NCBI GenBank assembly: GCA_048634245.1
Contig: JAIWAR010000002.1
Span: forward strand, 5,418 to 69,417
DNA: 64,000 nucleotides
Direction of reading: 5' to 3'
Source: Methanosarcinales archaeon
Lineage (GTDB): Bacteria; Omnitrophota; Gorgyraeia; Duberdicusellales; 4484-171
The translations under genes and the position numbers were made by a program. The notes beneath the pieces are model-generated. The model searched no databases. It was given only the letters and a program-made list of their open reading frames with translations, and was not told the DNA's origin. Shown one piece after another: positions 15,459 to 26,890 of this stretch. Position 1 is the first letter of the stretch. Every line of letters starts with the position of its first letter.

Positions 15459-16496
15459 TTAAAATAGTTTATTAGCGACAATACCTAAAATAATCACCTG
15501 GGGAACGGTTATAATCGGCAGCCAAATCGCTACCCGCTTACCAACATTATGCCACAGGAGGCCGATTTCAGTATAATCGGTAACTACCCCGGCCATAAGA
15601 AAAACAAAACTATTTCCAAAAGCCCCGGTCTGCCTAAATAATTCAAAAGCCATGGGAGCTGAGCCTTCAGAACATACTTCAATTACCGTAGCCACTAAAA
15701 GAGTAACCAAAAGGCCGAAAATAGTCGGACCCATATAATTAGTAAAAATATTAGCCGGCACATAAGCTCCGGCTAAACCGGCCAAGCCCATACCGATTAA
15801 AATCCACCAAAGCACCATATTGCTTAATGATACCGCTCCTTTAATAATACCTTTAATATCCGACTTAAAAATTTCAAAAGACCAGCAATGCTCTTTAAAT
15901 CTCTTTTTAACGTCCTTAAGAATAGAAAAATCTTCTTCGATCTCTATAATGTTATGGTTTTTTTCAATAAGATTTCTTCTTTCCAGAAATTGAAAAATGA
16001 ATCCGGTTATTATCGCAATCACCACGGCCGAAATTATTATAAACAAAGCTTTTAGGCCGAAAAATCCAATAAGTATTATCGTAAGGACTAAATTCGCCCA
16101 GGGGCTAGCGAGCAAAAACGACACCACCGCCGGATTCGACGCGCCTTTTTTATGCAGCTCTATAGAAAGTGCCAGAATCCCGTGAGAACAAACACTCATA
16201 AAAAAACCTAAAATCACCGAATAAAGAATAGTTCTCTTCTTCGGTTTAGACAAAACATGAGTAACATATTCTTTAGGTATATAATAATCAATTACTCCTC
16301 CCAAAACTAAACCCAAAATAATAGCCCACCAGATAGCCTTAAAATACATTGATAATGAATTTCTAAAAGGCACCAAAAAGGGCACCGCGTATGACAGCAA
16401 AACCAAACCCAGTAAAATTGAAGCGATAATAAGAGTTTTATTTTTGTAAATAGAAGCTTTTGGGCAGTTTAAGCAGATTGGGATATCTTTAGCCAT
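15459..16496 (-). CDS. DUF318/ArsP-family permease
   Basis: Multiple TM helices; 'VCSHG', 'FLLASP', 'VCSEG'. Confidence 0.8.
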   Translation of the reverse strand: MAKDIPICLNCPKASIYKNKTLIIASILLGLVLLSYAVPFLVPFRNSLSMYFKAIWWAIILGLVLGGVIDYYIPKEYVTHVLSKPKKRTILYSVILGFFMSVCSHGILALSIELHKKGASNPAVVSFLLASPWANLVLTIILIGFFGLKALFIIISAVVIAIITGFIFQFLERRNLIEKNHNIIEIEEDFSILKDVKKRFKEHCWSFEIFKSDIKGIIKGAVSLSNMVLWWILIGMGLAGLAGAYVPANIFTNYMGPTIFGLLVTLLVATVIEVCSEGSAPMAFELFRQTGAFGNSFVFLMAGVVTDYTEIGLLWHNVGKRVAIWLPIITVPQVIILGIVANKLF

Positions 16497-16542
16497 AATG
16501 AATAGGCCTTAAAGGTTTAATCATCTTGCGATAATTTTTTAT

Positions 16543-16571
16543 TTGCCGCTCCTCTTATTCTATGTTAGCAT
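16543..16571 (+). promoter_or_regulatory. Promoter for the prenyltransferase-ispH operon (probably leaderless)
   Basis: TTGCCG-17-TAGCAT with TG extension; 6 nt to ATG 16578. Confidence 0.55.
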
Positions 16572-16577
16572 AAATCA

Positions 16578-17609
16578 ATGCTTTCCCAAATAAAAAAGAA
16601 AATTAACCACGAGCTTTGTCTTTTCCTCCAAAATGCTGATAGACTCTACTCCTTAAGAGCAATATCGCCCTTACTATTTAGAAGTATTAAGGACTTTATT
16701 CAGAGAGACGGCAAACGCATACGCCCTATCCTCTTTATTTTAGGTTACCAGGGTTTTAGCGAAAAAAAAGCGCCTGGCCTTTATCAAAGCGCTCTCTGCG
16801 TAGAACTCCTTCATGATTTTTTTCTCATTCACGACGATATAATCGACAAGTCTGATACCCGCCGGAGTAAACCCTCTTTACATAAGATATTCGATAAATA
16901 CCTAATCAAATATCGGAATCTCAAATTTAACGGCCAGGACTTAGCAATTGTAGCCGCCGATATCATCTACGCCTTAGCGATTAATGCCTTTCTGACAATA
17001 AAAGAAGATCCTCAACGCAAAGAAAAAGCTTTACAAAGGTTCCTTAAAGCTTCAGTCCATACCGCCGGCGGAGAGTTTATTGAACTTTTAGCCGGGGCAA
17101 AAAAAATTAAAAATTTAACTAAGAAGGAAATTTACAAAATTTATGACTATAAAACCGCTCATTACACCTTTGCCTCGCCGCTTGCAATGGGAGCAAGATT
17201 AGCCGGAGCTGCTCAAAATCAAATTGATATACTCACGAGTTACAGCCTCTATCTGGGGAGAGCTTTCCAGATAAAAGATGATATTCTGGGTTTATTTTTT
17301 GACCAGAAAAAAATCGGTAAATCAACACTTTCGGACCTGCAGGAAGCAAAAAAAACCCTGCTTATCTGGTATGCTTATAATCACACCAACCAAAAAAATA
17401 AGTCTTTTATAGAAAAAACTTTCTTAAAAAAGAAAGTGACAAAAAATGACTTATTAGCAGTACGAAAAATAGCAGAAGAATCCGGGGCGCTAAATTACGC
17501 TCAAGGTGAAATCTATAATCTCACCGGGAAAGCAAAAACTATAATCGCATCGGCCAAGATGAAAATCAAGTACAAGAATCTTCTTTCCCGGTACACCGAA
17601 CAATTCTAA
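16578..17609 (+). CDS. Polyprenyl diphosphate synthase
   Basis: 'GKRIRP', 'HDDIID...RR', 'KTA', 'FQIKDDILG'. Confidence 0.9.
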   Translation: MLSQIKKKINHELCLFLQNADRLYSLRAISPLLFRSIKDFIQRDGKRIRPILFILGYQGFSEKKAPGLYQSALCVELLHDFFLIHDDIIDKSDTRRSKPSLHKIFDKYLIKYRNLKFNGQDLAIVAADIIYALAINAFLTIKEDPQRKEKALQRFLKASVHTAGGEFIELLAGAKKIKNLTKKEIYKIYDYKTAHYTFASPLAMGARLAGAAQNQIDILTSYSLYLGRAFQIKDDILGLFFDQKKIGKSTLSDLQEAKKTLLIWYAYNHTNQKNKSFIEKTFLKKKVTKNDLLAVRKIAEESGALNYAQGEIYNLTGKAKTIIASAKMKIKYKNLLSRYTEQF

Positions 17610-17612
17610 CCA

Positions 17613-17639
17613 TCTGAGTAAAGCCTGGCTTCACTCAGA
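17613..17639. repeat. Intergenic palindrome with AAAGCCTGGCTT core
   Basis: TCTGAGT-AAAGCCTGGCTTC-ACTCAGA; same core as 31375/31398. Confidence 0.6.
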
Positions 17640-17652
17640 AAAAGGGAAAAAT

Positions 17653-18507
17653 ATGGGTAAAAAAATAGAGGTTAATCTGGCAAAATCCGCGGGTTTCTGT
17701 TTTGGTGTAAAAAGAGCTCTGGATATCGCTATCCAGACCGCTAAAAAAAATAAGCAAGTCGAAATGCTGGGAGATATTGTCCACAATGAAGATGTGGTCA
17801 AAGAAATTACCTTAGCCGGAATCAAAAAAATTAAACGATTAGGCAAAGGAAAAAACAAAATTCTCTTAGTTCGGGCTCATGGAACATCTTCTAAAATACT
17901 TAAAAAAGCCCGTAAGCACGGCTATAAAATAATCGACGCTACCTGTCCGATGGTAAAAGAAATACATAAAATCGCCAAGGAAAATGAAAAAAAAGGTTAC
18001 CGAATCATCATTATTGGGGATAAAAAACACGATGAAGTCCGGGGCATCCTCGGACAGCTCAAAAAAAGCGCCCTGGTTATCGACGATATCAAAAACATCC
18101 CGGTAAAAAGCCTTACCAACATAAAAAAAGGAGCCGTAATAGTCCAATCAACGCAAAATTTAGATAAAACCCTTAAAGTGGTCCGAACTTTAGAAAGAGT
18201 CATCAAAGAGCTAAAGTTTTTCAACACAATATGCAAACCCACTCAAACCAAACAAGAAGAAATAAAAATACTGCCGCTTAAAAATGATATCATGATTATT
18301 GTCGGCTCAAAAACAAGCGCCAATACTAAGAGGCTTTATGAAATATCAAAGTCGCTCAATAAAAAAAGCTACTGGATTACTTCAAGAAAAGACTTAAATC
18401 AAGCCTGGTTTAGGAGTGTAAAAAAAGTGGGGGTGGCGACCGGAGCGTCAACTCCTGATTACACCACTGAAGACATCCTGGAATGTATAAAGAAATTTGT
18501 TCGATAA
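17653..18507 (+). CDS. ispH: 4-hydroxy-3-methylbut-2-enyl diphosphate reductase
   Basis: 'AGFCFGVKRA', 'IVHN', 'DATCP', 'NTIC', 'SANT', 'GASTP'. Confidence 0.95.
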   Translation: MGKKIEVNLAKSAGFCFGVKRALDIAIQTAKKNKQVEMLGDIVHNEDVVKEITLAGIKKIKRLGKGKNKILLVRAHGTSSKILKKARKHGYKIIDATCPMVKEIHKIAKENEKKGYRIIIIGDKKHDEVRGILGQLKKSALVIDDIKNIPVKSLTNIKKGAVIVQSTQNLDKTLKVVRTLERVIKELKFFNTICKPTQTKQEEIKILPLKNDIMIIVGSKTSANTKRLYEISKSLNKKSYWITSRKDLNQAWFRSVKKVGVATGASTPDYTTEDILECIKKFVR

Positions 18508-18516
18508 AATCAGGTT

Positions 18517-20613
18517 TTATTTGTTTTCCTTCTGCTTTTTCTCTTCGATAATTTTTTCAGAAATCGTTGACGGTACTTCTATATACTTTTCAAAGTGCAT
18601 AGTATAATTACCCCGGCCGCTGCTTAGAGAACGTAAGGCTGTGGCATACCCAAACATCTCTGATAACGGAACCTCAGCAGAGATTACCTGCTGATTACCT
18701 TTAGACTCAATTCCCAATACTTTGCCCCGGCGGGAGCAGATATTCCCCACAATATTACCTACATATTCTTCAGGAGTTGTAGCTTCTAAAGACATATGGG
18801 GCTCCAGCAATATTGGAATACTTTTCATAAAAGCCCTTTTAAAGCACTCTGCGGCAGCAAGTTTAAAAGCCAATTCTGAGGAATCTACGTCGTGATAAGA
18901 ACCGTCTGTAAGCTCAATTTTCACATCTACAACCGGATATCCGGCATAAATACCTTTCTGCATAGCAGAAATTACTCCTTTTTCTACCGCCGGGATATAT
19001 TCACGGGGAATCTTTCCACCGGTAATGCTATTTTTAAATTCAAATCCCTCACCGGGTTTAGTGGGTGAAATTTCCATAATAACATGAGCATATTGTCCCC
19101 GGCCGCCGGTTTGCTTAACATGTTTATATTCCTGGGCTACTGAACTTAATACCGTTTCCTTATAAGCTACCTTGGGCTGGCCCACGACTGCCTCAACACT
19201 AAATTCATGCTTTAGCCTGTCTACAATAATTTCCAAATGCAGCTCTCCCATACCTGAAATAATTGTCTCATCGGTCTCTTTGTCAGTATGCACAATAAAT
19301 GTGGGATCCTCCTCAGCCAGCTTCAGCAAAGCTTTAGATATTTTATCTTGTCCAGCCCGGTTTTCGGGTTTAACGCTAATGGACATTACCGGTGCCGGAA
19401 ATTCAATAGCTTCTAAGAGCACCGGTTTATCTACGCAAGATAAGGTATCCCCGGTTACAGTATAGTCTAGGCCAATAATTGCTGCGATATCGCCGGCATA
19501 AATAGTCGAACGGCTTTCTCTCTGGTTAGCATGCATCTGTAAAATTCTTCCCACTCTTTCTTTTTTATCTTTGGTAACATTAAGAATATAAGAACCGGCA
19601 TCAAGTTTTCCGGAATAAACCCTAAAATATACCAGCTTACCCATATGAGGGTCAGTCTGGACCTTAAAAGCTAAGGCTGAAAAAGGTTCTTGGTCTGAAG
19701 GAGCCCGCTCAATGACCTTTTCACAATCTTCAGGATCACTTCCTTTTACCGGAGGTTGATCTGAAGGTGCCGGAAGGTATAAAGTTATAGCATCAAGTAA
19801 TCTTTGCACACCTTTATTACGAAAGGCTGAGCCGCAAAGAGCGGGAACAATTTTATTAGCAATGGTACCTTTACGAATTGCCGGAATTAATTCCTGAGAG
19901 GCTATAGTATCCTCAGACTCTAAATACTTCTCCATAAGAGAATCTTCCAACTCTACCGCTTTCTCCACCATGATATGGTGATATTTTTTAGCCACTTCTT
20001 TATATTCATTGGGAATCTCTTCAACATGAAAATTCCTACCCAAGGATTCATCATCATAAATATAAGCCTTCATCTCTATAAGGTCAATGATTCCCCGAAA
20101 ATTATCCTCAGCTCCAATAGGAATCTGTAAAGGGATTATATTGGCCCCTAAATCACCTTCAATACTCTTAAGGACCGCAAAAAAATCAGCACCGACCCGG
20201 TCCATCTTATTTACAAAGGCAATTTTAGGTACCTGGTATTTATCAGACTGGTGCCAAACAGTCTCTGATTGAGGCTCAACTCCTCCAACCGCACAAAAAA
20301 CCGCTATTGCTCCGTCTAAAACTCTTAAGCTTCTTTCCACTTCAACGGTAAAATCAACATGCCCCGGAGTATCAATAATATTAACCTTACAATCCCCCCA
20401 GTAACAAGTAGTTGCGGCTGAGGTGATGGTAATCCCTCTCTCCTGCTCCTGCTTCATCCAATCCATTTGCGCGGCACCGTCATGAACTTCACCGATTTTG
20501 TGAGAACGCCCGGAGTAGAAGAGAATCCTTTCGGTCAAGGTGGTTTTACCGGCATCGATATGGGCCATAATCCCGATATTTCTGACTTTTTTTAGCTCTA
20601 TTTGACGACTCAT
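18517..20613 (-). CDS. fusA: Elongation factor G
   Basis: 'AHIDAGKTT', 'RGITI', 'DTPGH', 'NKMD', 'GMGELHL'. Confidence 0.95.
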   Translation of the reverse strand: MSRQIELKKVRNIGIMAHIDAGKTTLTERILFYSGRSHKIGEVHDGAAQMDWMKQEQERGITITSAATTCYWGDCKVNIIDTPGHVDFTVEVERSLRVLDGAIAVFCAVGGVEPQSETVWHQSDKYQVPKIAFVNKMDRVGADFFAVLKSIEGDLGANIIPLQIPIGAEDNFRGIIDLIEMKAYIYDDESLGRNFHVEEIPNEYKEVAKKYHHIMVEKAVELEDSLMEKYLESEDTIASQELIPAIRKGTIANKIVPALCGSAFRNKGVQRLLDAITLYLPAPSDQPPVKGSDPEDCEKVIERAPSDQEPFSALAFKVQTDPHMGKLVYFRVYSGKLDAGSYILNVTKDKKERVGRILQMHANQRESRSTIYAGDIAAIIGLDYTVTGDTLSCVDKPVLLEAIEFPAPVMSISVKPENRAGQDKISKALLKLAEEDPTFIVHTDKETDETIISGMGELHLEIIVDRLKHEFSVEAVVGQPKVAYKETVLSSVAQEYKHVKQTGGRGQYAHVIMEISPTKPGEGFEFKNSITGGKIPREYIPAVEKGVISAMQKGIYAGYPVVDVKIELTDGSYHDVDSSELAFKLAAAECFKRAFMKSIPILLEPHMSLEATTPEEYVGNIVGNICSRRGKVLGIESKGNQQVISAEVPLSEMFGYATALRSLSSGRGNYTMHFEKYIEVPSTISEKIIEEKKQKENK

Positions 20614-20792
20614 AATTTACTCCTATCTTAGGCAAATACTTTTTTATATCGCTTTATACGAAGCATTTTCCGGTTACTGATAATAAGAAGACGCTATTAT
20701 ACTGAATACCGAGGATAAAGCAACATTTTTTTGAAAAAATACTAACCGTAAGATATGCGCTTAAGCGATAGGGAGGAGTAACAGTGGCCGAT

Positions 20793-21341
20793 TTAGCTAA
20801 ACCAAAAGCCGTATTTACGCCCGGTTTGGCCATCAATTACTGCATGTTTATCCGGAGCAAGCCGCAAAGCTTCATGAATTGACTTATCGAAAGTAAAAAG
20901 TTCAACATGCTTTCCGTAACGTTCCTTAATTTCACCGATAACTTCAGCAAAATCAGAGTCTCCGGAAACTAAAGCAACGGTATCGTATTGATTATTAACA
21001 GCCTTAGAAAACATATCCAAAGAAATCTTAATATCCACTCCTTTCTGGACCCAGCCGTCATGGAACCGGACTAATCTTCCCAATTTAATCTCAAGATAAG
21101 GAATGCTTAATTTAAGGCGTCTTAGATAATCCTGTTGTTCCTTGTAAGTTTGAGGATTTTCCTCTTGATTTAATCTTGACGAATAGTAATAAACCCGGAT
21201 TAGTTTTCTCTTGGCGGTTATCCAGCGGACTATATTTTTCCAGTCAATATCTGTCCGCTTAATCGACTTTCCCTTGCCTAATAAGTTGTACATTTTTGAA
21301 ACAACATACTCAGCATCAATAAATATCATTAATCGATCCAT
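20793..21341 (-). CDS. NYN-domain (LabA/DUF88) protein
   Basis: 'IFIDAEY', '[11 protein letters not shown]', 'VSGDSDF'. Confidence 0.85.
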   Translation of the reverse strand: MDRLMIFIDAEYVVSKMYNLLGKGKSIKRTDIDWKNIVRWITAKRKLIRVYYYSSRLNQEENPQTYKEQQDYLRRLKLSIPYLEIKLGRLVRFHDGWVQKGVDIKISLDMFSKAVNNQYDTVALVSGDSDFAEVIGEIKERYGKHVELFTFDKSIHEALRLAPDKHAVIDGQTGRKYGFWFS

Positions 21342-21352
21342 TTTCCTCCTAT

Positions 21353-21904
21353 TTATTTCATATAAGCTTTTATAATCTTCTGCTCTGTAATTGGTTTACT
21401 AGATGAATCCGCAGCCGAATTCTCTATTTTTTCAACAACATTGTATCCGGAAATAACTTCACCAAATATAGTATGACGCATATTAAGCCACGGAGTCTTG
21501 GCTGTCGTGATAAAAAATTGGCTTCCATTGGTATTAGGGCCGGAATTAGCCATAGCCAGAATTCCTTGCTTATCAAACTTTAGTTCGCTGTTGACCTCAT
21601 CCTTAAAAGAAGCTCCCCAAAGTGAACTGCCACCGGTTCCGGTGCCTGTAGGATCCCCTCCCTGAATCATAAAATCTTTTATTACCCGATGAAAAATTAT
21701 TCCATCATAATAACCTTTCTCAATTAAACCGATAAAATTCTCACAAGCCTTAGGGGCTGCCTCGGGAAATAATTTAATTTCGATTAAGCCTTGATTAGTC
21801 TCTAGCACCGCGATTTTATCTTCCATCTTTATCTCCTCTCCGTAAATACTGCTCATAAATACACTTACCACTAATAAAATTAAAAATCTCTTAAACAGCA
21901 TCAT
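21353..21904 (-). CDS. Cyclophilin-type peptidyl-prolyl isomerase
   Basis: '[15 protein letters not shown]', '[17 protein letters not shown]'. Confidence 0.95.
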   Translation of the reverse strand: MMLFKRFLILLVVSVFMSSIYGEEIKMEDKIAVLETNQGLIEIKLFPEAAPKACENFIGLIEKGYYDGIIFHRVIKDFMIQGGDPTGTGTGGSSLWGASFKDEVNSELKFDKQGILAMANSGPNTNGSQFFITTAKTPWLNMRHTIFGEVISGYNVVEKIENSAADSSSKPITEQKIIKAYMK

Positions 21905-21941
21905 ACCTCCCGTTTCCTTGTCTTTTTCTAATTTATACCTG

Positions 21942-22172
21942 TTAAATTTCGGCTTGTTTTATTAATTTGCGGTAATACTCAACGCATTCGGAACAAGTTA
22001 AATCCTCTTGTTTCCATTTGGGGTGGTCTTTTTTGATAAGATTAAGCAGGTACTCTTCAGCCTTAGCATGCTCCAAAGAATGAGCCTCATGAACCATTCT
22101 CCTGCAAATCTGACACCTATATTTCTTACTCTTAGAAAAAGTCCTTGTAACATTATTTAAAAATTTCTTCAC
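21942..22172 (-). CDS. Small hypothetical protein, possible zinc finger
   Basis: CxxC...H and CxxC; SD AAGGAG before a GTG start. Confidence 0.6.
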   Translation of the reverse strand: MKKFLNNVTRTFSKSKKYRCQICRRMVHEAHSLEHAKAEEYLLNLIKKDHPKWKQEDLTCSECVEYYRKLIKQAEI

Positions 22173-22193
22173 AAAACTCCTTTTGTTTAAAAC

Positions 22194-22523
22194 TTACTGT
22201 TTTATAAAAACTATTTTTAAGGTAGTGCGTACTTTATCCTGCCAGGGCCAAAACATAGCTATCACGGTAATATTTCCAAACCGCTTCCTATATAAAGGCT
22301 GACTACCCCTAACCCCCCCGTATTTTTTAGTTAGCTCGGCGTCCTCTTCAATGGGCTCTTCCCCAACCGGCTTCACTGCTGCGCCTAAGATACCTTCAAA
22401 AAGACGAGTCCACTCCGCAATATCTTTAGTATAAAAAACAATCTCATAATAATCACTAGAACTAACCCTCTCTTCATAAATATCTAAGGTTTTACATTTC
22501 TTAACAATTTCTTTCAAAGTCAT
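22194..22523 (-). CDS. Hypothetical protein
   Basis: 109-aa ORF with SD, co-oriented with its neighbours. Confidence 0.65.
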   Translation of the reverse strand: MTLKEIVKKCKTLDIYEERVSSSDYYEIVFYTKDIAEWTRLFEGILGAAVKPVGEEPIEEDAELTKKYGGVRGSQPLYRKRFGNITVIAMFWPWQDKVRTTLKIVFIKQ

Positions 22524-22596
22524 GCCTGTTCCTTGTTTATAATTTTTTAATTTTTATTTTTAATCAATAAACATTATCCGCGAAATTAAGATTTAG

Positions 22597-23736
22597 TCAA
22601 TCAAAATCACTGTATATCCGGCCAAAGTCTATTCCGCCAATAATTTTTGACCGGTATTTTTTTCTAAGATCTCTCATCGCAGTATCTAAGTCCTCACTCT
22701 GCACACCATTCGCTCGGGACAAATAAGCTTCAATAAAAGCGGCTAACTCGTCAATACCCTTAATCAACTCACCATCTCTTTCTACGCGGCCGCCGGAAGT
22801 TAATATATCTGTGAATTCATTCTCGGTAAACATATGCATATCCAAATGCCAGCTTTTCGGAATCAATTTAAATATTTTCCTCTCCATCTCAAACCGTTCG
22901 TACTCTTTGATCAAATCTTTCAATCCTACAACTGCTCTCTTTACCGGATTAATCACATCCCGGGTAAGGACTTCAGGCAAGTCATGGAATAAGCCGGTAA
23001 AGTAATTATTTATACAGCGTTTTTTATCAGCTCCTGTCTCTAAAGAAAAAAAATAAGCCAACATAGCCACGATCAACATATGTCCTAATACCGATGTCTT
23101 CGGAACCCGGTACAAATGGCTCCAGCGTATCTGAAATCTCAGCTGCCCGCAAATATTTACGAAATCGGTTAATTCTTTAGAGTGCAATAGCTCCTGCATG
23201 CTCTTTAAGTCCTGATACTTCTCTTGTTTAGCGCGAATATCTTCTTTTATTTCTTCTATGGCATACCCTTTAGGATTAGCCCGTTCAATTATATCAAACT
23301 CCCATTTGGTAGCATAAAAATGGGCCGCGCTTATGATTCGGCGATTCACATTACGCTCAGCATCATGCAGATACTTCTTAAATCGTAAACAAAAATCTCC
23401 GCCCAAAGGAATTATGACCGGGCTTATCCTTTTATAAACCCACTCGTTTAACCTCTTATATTGCCCGGCATTTTCTTTTATTCTGTGGAATAAAGTCGGT
23501 TTTAGATCGGTGAGGATAATACGCTGCAAGAATTCGAATAATCCGGCTTCTATTACTTCTATCCAGTCAAAGTCTTTATTATTCAAATCCTCTTCACGCT
23601 TACCCAGGCAGTAAGCAATAACCATCTTATGCGCCTGCTTATCCAGCTCTGTCAGCTCAACAGTACGGATTTGATCATTCCACCGCTGCATCTGAGCAGC
23701 TTCATAAAGTTTCAGAAGAAATGGCTTGGTTATCAT
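22597..23736 (-). CDS. HD-domain phosphohydrolase (tandem YfbR-like domains)
   Basis: 'MQRWND', 'QIRWS', 'SVLGH', 'FHDLPEVLTRD'. Confidence 0.8.
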   Translation of the reverse strand: MITKPFLLKLYEAAQMQRWNDQIRTVELTELDKQAHKMVIAYCLGKREEDLNNKDFDWIEVIEAGLFEFLQRIILTDLKPTLFHRIKENAGQYKRLNEWVYKRISPVIIPLGGDFCLRFKKYLHDAERNVNRRIISAAHFYATKWEFDIIERANPKGYAIEEIKEDIRAKQEKYQDLKSMQELLHSKELTDFVNICGQLRFQIRWSHLYRVPKTSVLGHMLIVAMLAYFFSLETGADKKRCINNYFTGLFHDLPEVLTRDVINPVKRAVVGLKDLIKEYERFEMERKIFKLIPKSWHLDMHMFTENEFTDILTSGGRVERDGELIKGIDELAAFIEAYLSRANGVQSEDLDTAMRDLRKKYRSKIIGGIDFGRIYSDFD

Positions 23737-23748
23737 ATTTTAATTATA

Positions 23749-26700
23749 TCACTGATTCTCTTCTTTCTGCTCAGATTTTTTCACAGTTGCGTGCCCGGTA
23801 AGTTTAAAATCAATATCATCAATAATAGCATAGATACAGGGTAAAACGATTAAAGTTAAAGCGGTCGCGCAAATAATACCCCAAACAATAGTAAGAGCCA
23901 TAGGCCGCAGGAAAGGGTCGCCTCCCCAAATACCATAGGCTGTGGGGGTTAAACCCAAAGCAGTAGTAATTGTAGTAAGTAATACCGGCCTTAAACGCAG
24001 CTGGCCGGCACGAACAATAGATTCTCTTCTTTTAACTCCTTTGCGCCGCAGATTATTGACAAATTCAACTAAAACAATAGAGTCATTAACCACAATTCCC
24101 ATCAATCCTACAATACCCATCAACATAAAAAAACTTAAGACTAAGCCATGAAAGAAAAAAGCCCAAATAACCCCGATAAGGCCAAAAGGAATCGCCATCA
24201 TTACCACTGCCGGTTGAATTAAAGAATTAAAATTAGCCGCTAATATAAGAAAAATCAAAAAGATTGCCAACCCGAAAGCTCTTATAAAATCTTTTCCCGA
24301 TCTAATATTCTCCTGCTGTTCTCCACCATATTCTATACGGTAACCGGGATATTCTCGAGATACATCCTTAAACTCTCTCTCCAGAAGATTGTTAACCCTA
24401 AGCGAAGTAATAGCCTTAACGTCAACATCAGCCCGGATAGTAATTACTCTTTTTCCGCCTAAGTGCCGAATACGGGTTAAAGCTTCTTTATCCTCTAGGC
24501 GAGCAACTTTATTCAGAGGGATAAGATTGCCAAATTCATTAGAAATAAAAATCTTATCAAAAGTTTCCTTCTTGTCCCGATACTCTTCGGGAAAACGCAC
24601 TAAAACATCAATTTCCTCCTCAGCCTTTACCGGCTTAATTGAGGTAGCTACCCCTCCATGGAAAACATTACGAATAGAAGAAGCGATATCCGCAACCGAC
24701 AGGTATGCTCTTGCCGCCTCTTCCTGATTAACAACTACCCGGATTTCACTTCTTCCAACCTCATAATCAGAGGTAATATCCAAAACCCCTTTAGTGCTTT
24801 TCAAGAACCCGATTATCTCATCGGAAATTTCCTTTAAGACTGAAAATTTCTCTCCCCTAATTTTAACCGCTACAGCTTTTCCTATTGGCGGGCCGCCTTC
24901 CTGTTTTTCGAAGTAAATCTTATCAAAACCCTCTATGCCTTTGATCTTCTCCTTTAACCCCCTAATAATTTGAGAAACGGTTTGCTTACGTTCAGTGTAA
25001 GGAGTAAGGTGTACTGCGATTTGAGCGGTGTGGCTTCCGGATTTACCGTAAGGGTCAAACATCCAGGTTTCACCGATTGAACCAACTTGGGTGGTATAAG
25101 TATCTAATTGATTTTGAGGCAGCTCTTTGACCTTATCCTCTACCTGCTCTATTAATTCATTGGTCGTATAAAGACTTGTTCCCACCGGAGCCTCAACTCT
25201 AATCCAAAACTGTTCAATTCCTTCCTCTGTGCTAAAAAGAACAAAAGGCATATTTATAGCCAGGATAATTGTAAACAAAAACAAGATAATTATCCCTAAA
25301 ACAACCCAATAGCGCCGGTTTAGGGCTTTATTCACAATATTGGTATAAAATTTAAGAAGCTGCTTAAACCAGGGTAATTCCTTTCTCGACTTAAAATTCT
25401 TTTTACCAAAATGAACAAAATCCGCGAAGTGAGAAGGCAAAATCACTAAAGCTTCAAATAATGAGGCTGATAAAGCAATAATCACAACCAAGGGTATTCC
25501 CCAGATAAATTTGCCCAGCATCCCTCCCATAAACATAAGCGGGGAAAAAGCCGCAATTGTAGTAATGATGGTAACAGTAACCGGCTTAGCTACTTCCCGG
25601 GTTCCCAAAATTGCAGCTTCTCCGGGGTTAAATCCTTTCTCCAGATAGCGAGAACAATTTTCAGCTATAATAATTCCGTCATCCACTAACATACCTAAGA
25701 CTATAATTAAACCGAACATAGTAATAAGATTAATACTTAAACCAAATAAACCCATTAAAGCTATGGTGGCTGCGAAGGCAATAGGCAGGCCTAAGGCGGT
25801 TATTAAAGCAACCCGGAAATTCAAAAAGAGCATAAGAACACAACAAATCAGAAATATACCGATAATTCCATTATTCTTTAAAACCCCTAATCTTCTTGTA
25901 ATATAATAAGATATGTCGTTTATGTAGGCGGTTTTCAATTTAGGGGCACTTTGAGCAAAAAAGTTTTCAGTCTCCTTTTTCACCTCCTCAACAATCTTGA
26001 TAGTATCGCCGGATGCTCTCTTAATGACAGTAAGACTAATGGCCCTCATTCCATAACTCTTATTTATTATATCCTCATCTTCAAAAGAAAACCGCACAGC
26101 CGCCACATCTTTTACGCGCAGCCAATTACCGGATTCATTAGCCCTAATAACCACATTCTCAATTTCTTCTTTAGTATAAAATTCACCGGTGGTACGAATG
26201 CTAAATTCCTCCTTACCTCGTACTTTTCCTCCGGGAATACTCATATTTCGCTTTTTTAAAGCTTGCATTATCTCTTCTAAGCTCACATAGGCATCACGCA
26301 TTTTGTCGGGATTAACCTCAACCCAGACTTCCGTATCCCGATAACCTTTTCGGGAAATTGAAGACACTCCGGGAATATCTTCGAGTATATCCCCCAAATT
26401 CTCAGCATATTCCTGAAGCTCTGCTTCCGACAACTCCCCGCTTAATGCCACCTGAATTATAGGAATTTCACCGGAAGTAATTTCAGTTACTACAGGGTCA
26501 TCTTTAACGCCCTGGGGAAGATCCCGGACACGGTCAACAGCCTTTTGGATATTATCAACAACCTTATCTTTATCCTTTATATCCTGGCTAATTTTTATCA
26601 AAATGTTAGACATATTTTCAATGGAGGTAGACTGCATTTCTTCAATCCCGTCAACGCCTTTCAGCTCTTTCTCAATGGGTATAGTAACCAGCCTCTCTAT

Positions 26701-26880
26701 TTCCTGAGATGGAGCTCCGGGGTAAGCAGCAGCAATGACCACAATATCGTATGAGACCTCTGGAAAGGCCTCCCTCCTGATCTTATAGACAAAAAGAGTG
26801 TAAAAACCGGCGATAAGGATAAAAAGAGAGATAAGATTTATTAAAAGTGAGTTTTTTACTGAAAATTCTGAAATCTTCAT
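23749..26880 (-). CDS. RND efflux permease (AcrB/AcrF family)
   Basis: 1043 aa; 'YPGA', 'GMLVDDGII', 'RLRPVLLTTITT'. Confidence 0.92.
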   Translation of the reverse strand: MKISEFSVKNSLLINLISLFILIAGFYTLFVYKIRREAFPEVSYDIVVIAAAYPGAPSQEIERLVTIPIEKELKGVDGIEEMQSTSIENMSNILIKISQDIKDKDKVVDNIQKAVDRVRDLPQGVKDDPVVTEITSGEIPIIQVALSGELSEAELQEYAENLGDILEDIPGVSSISRKGYRDTEVWVEVNPDKMRDAYVSLEEIMQALKKRNMSIPGGKVRGKEEFSIRTTGEFYTKEEIENVVIRANESGNWLRVKDVAAVRFSFEDEDIINKSYGMRAISLTVIKRASGDTIKIVEEVKKETENFFAQSAPKLKTAYINDISYYITRRLGVLKNNGIIGIFLICCVLMLFLNFRVALITALGLPIAFAATIALMGLFGLSINLITMFGLIIVLGMLVDDGIIIAENCSRYLEKGFNPGEAAILGTREVAKPVTVTIITTIAAFSPLMFMGGMLGKFIWGIPLVVIIALSASLFEALVILPSHFADFVHFGKKNFKSRKELPWFKQLLKFYTNIVNKALNRRYWVVLGIIILFLFTIILAINMPFVLFSTEEGIEQFWIRVEAPVGTSLYTTNELIEQVEDKVKELPQNQLDTYTTQVGSIGETWMFDPYGKSGSHTAQIAVHLTPYTERKQTVSQIIRGLKEKIKGIEGFDKIYFEKQEGGPPIGKAVAVKIRGEKFSVLKEISDEIIGFLKSTKGVLDITSDYEVGRSEIRVVVNQEEAARAYLSVADIASSIRNVFHGGVATSIKPVKAEEEIDVLVRFPEEYRDKKETFDKIFISNEFGNLIPLNKVARLEDKEALTRIRHLGGKRVITIRADVDVKAITSLRVNNLLEREFKDVSREYPGYRIEYGGEQQENIRSGKDFIRAFGLAIFLIFLILAANFNSLIQPAVVMMAIPFGLIGVIWAFFFHGLVLSFFMLMGIVGLMGIVVNDSIVLVEFVNNLRRKGVKRRESIVRAGQLRLRPVLLTTITTALGLTPTAYGIWGGDPFLRPMALTIVWGIICATALTLIVLPCIYAIIDDIDFKLTGHATVKKSEQKEENQ

Positions 26881-26890
26881 AACAAAACCT

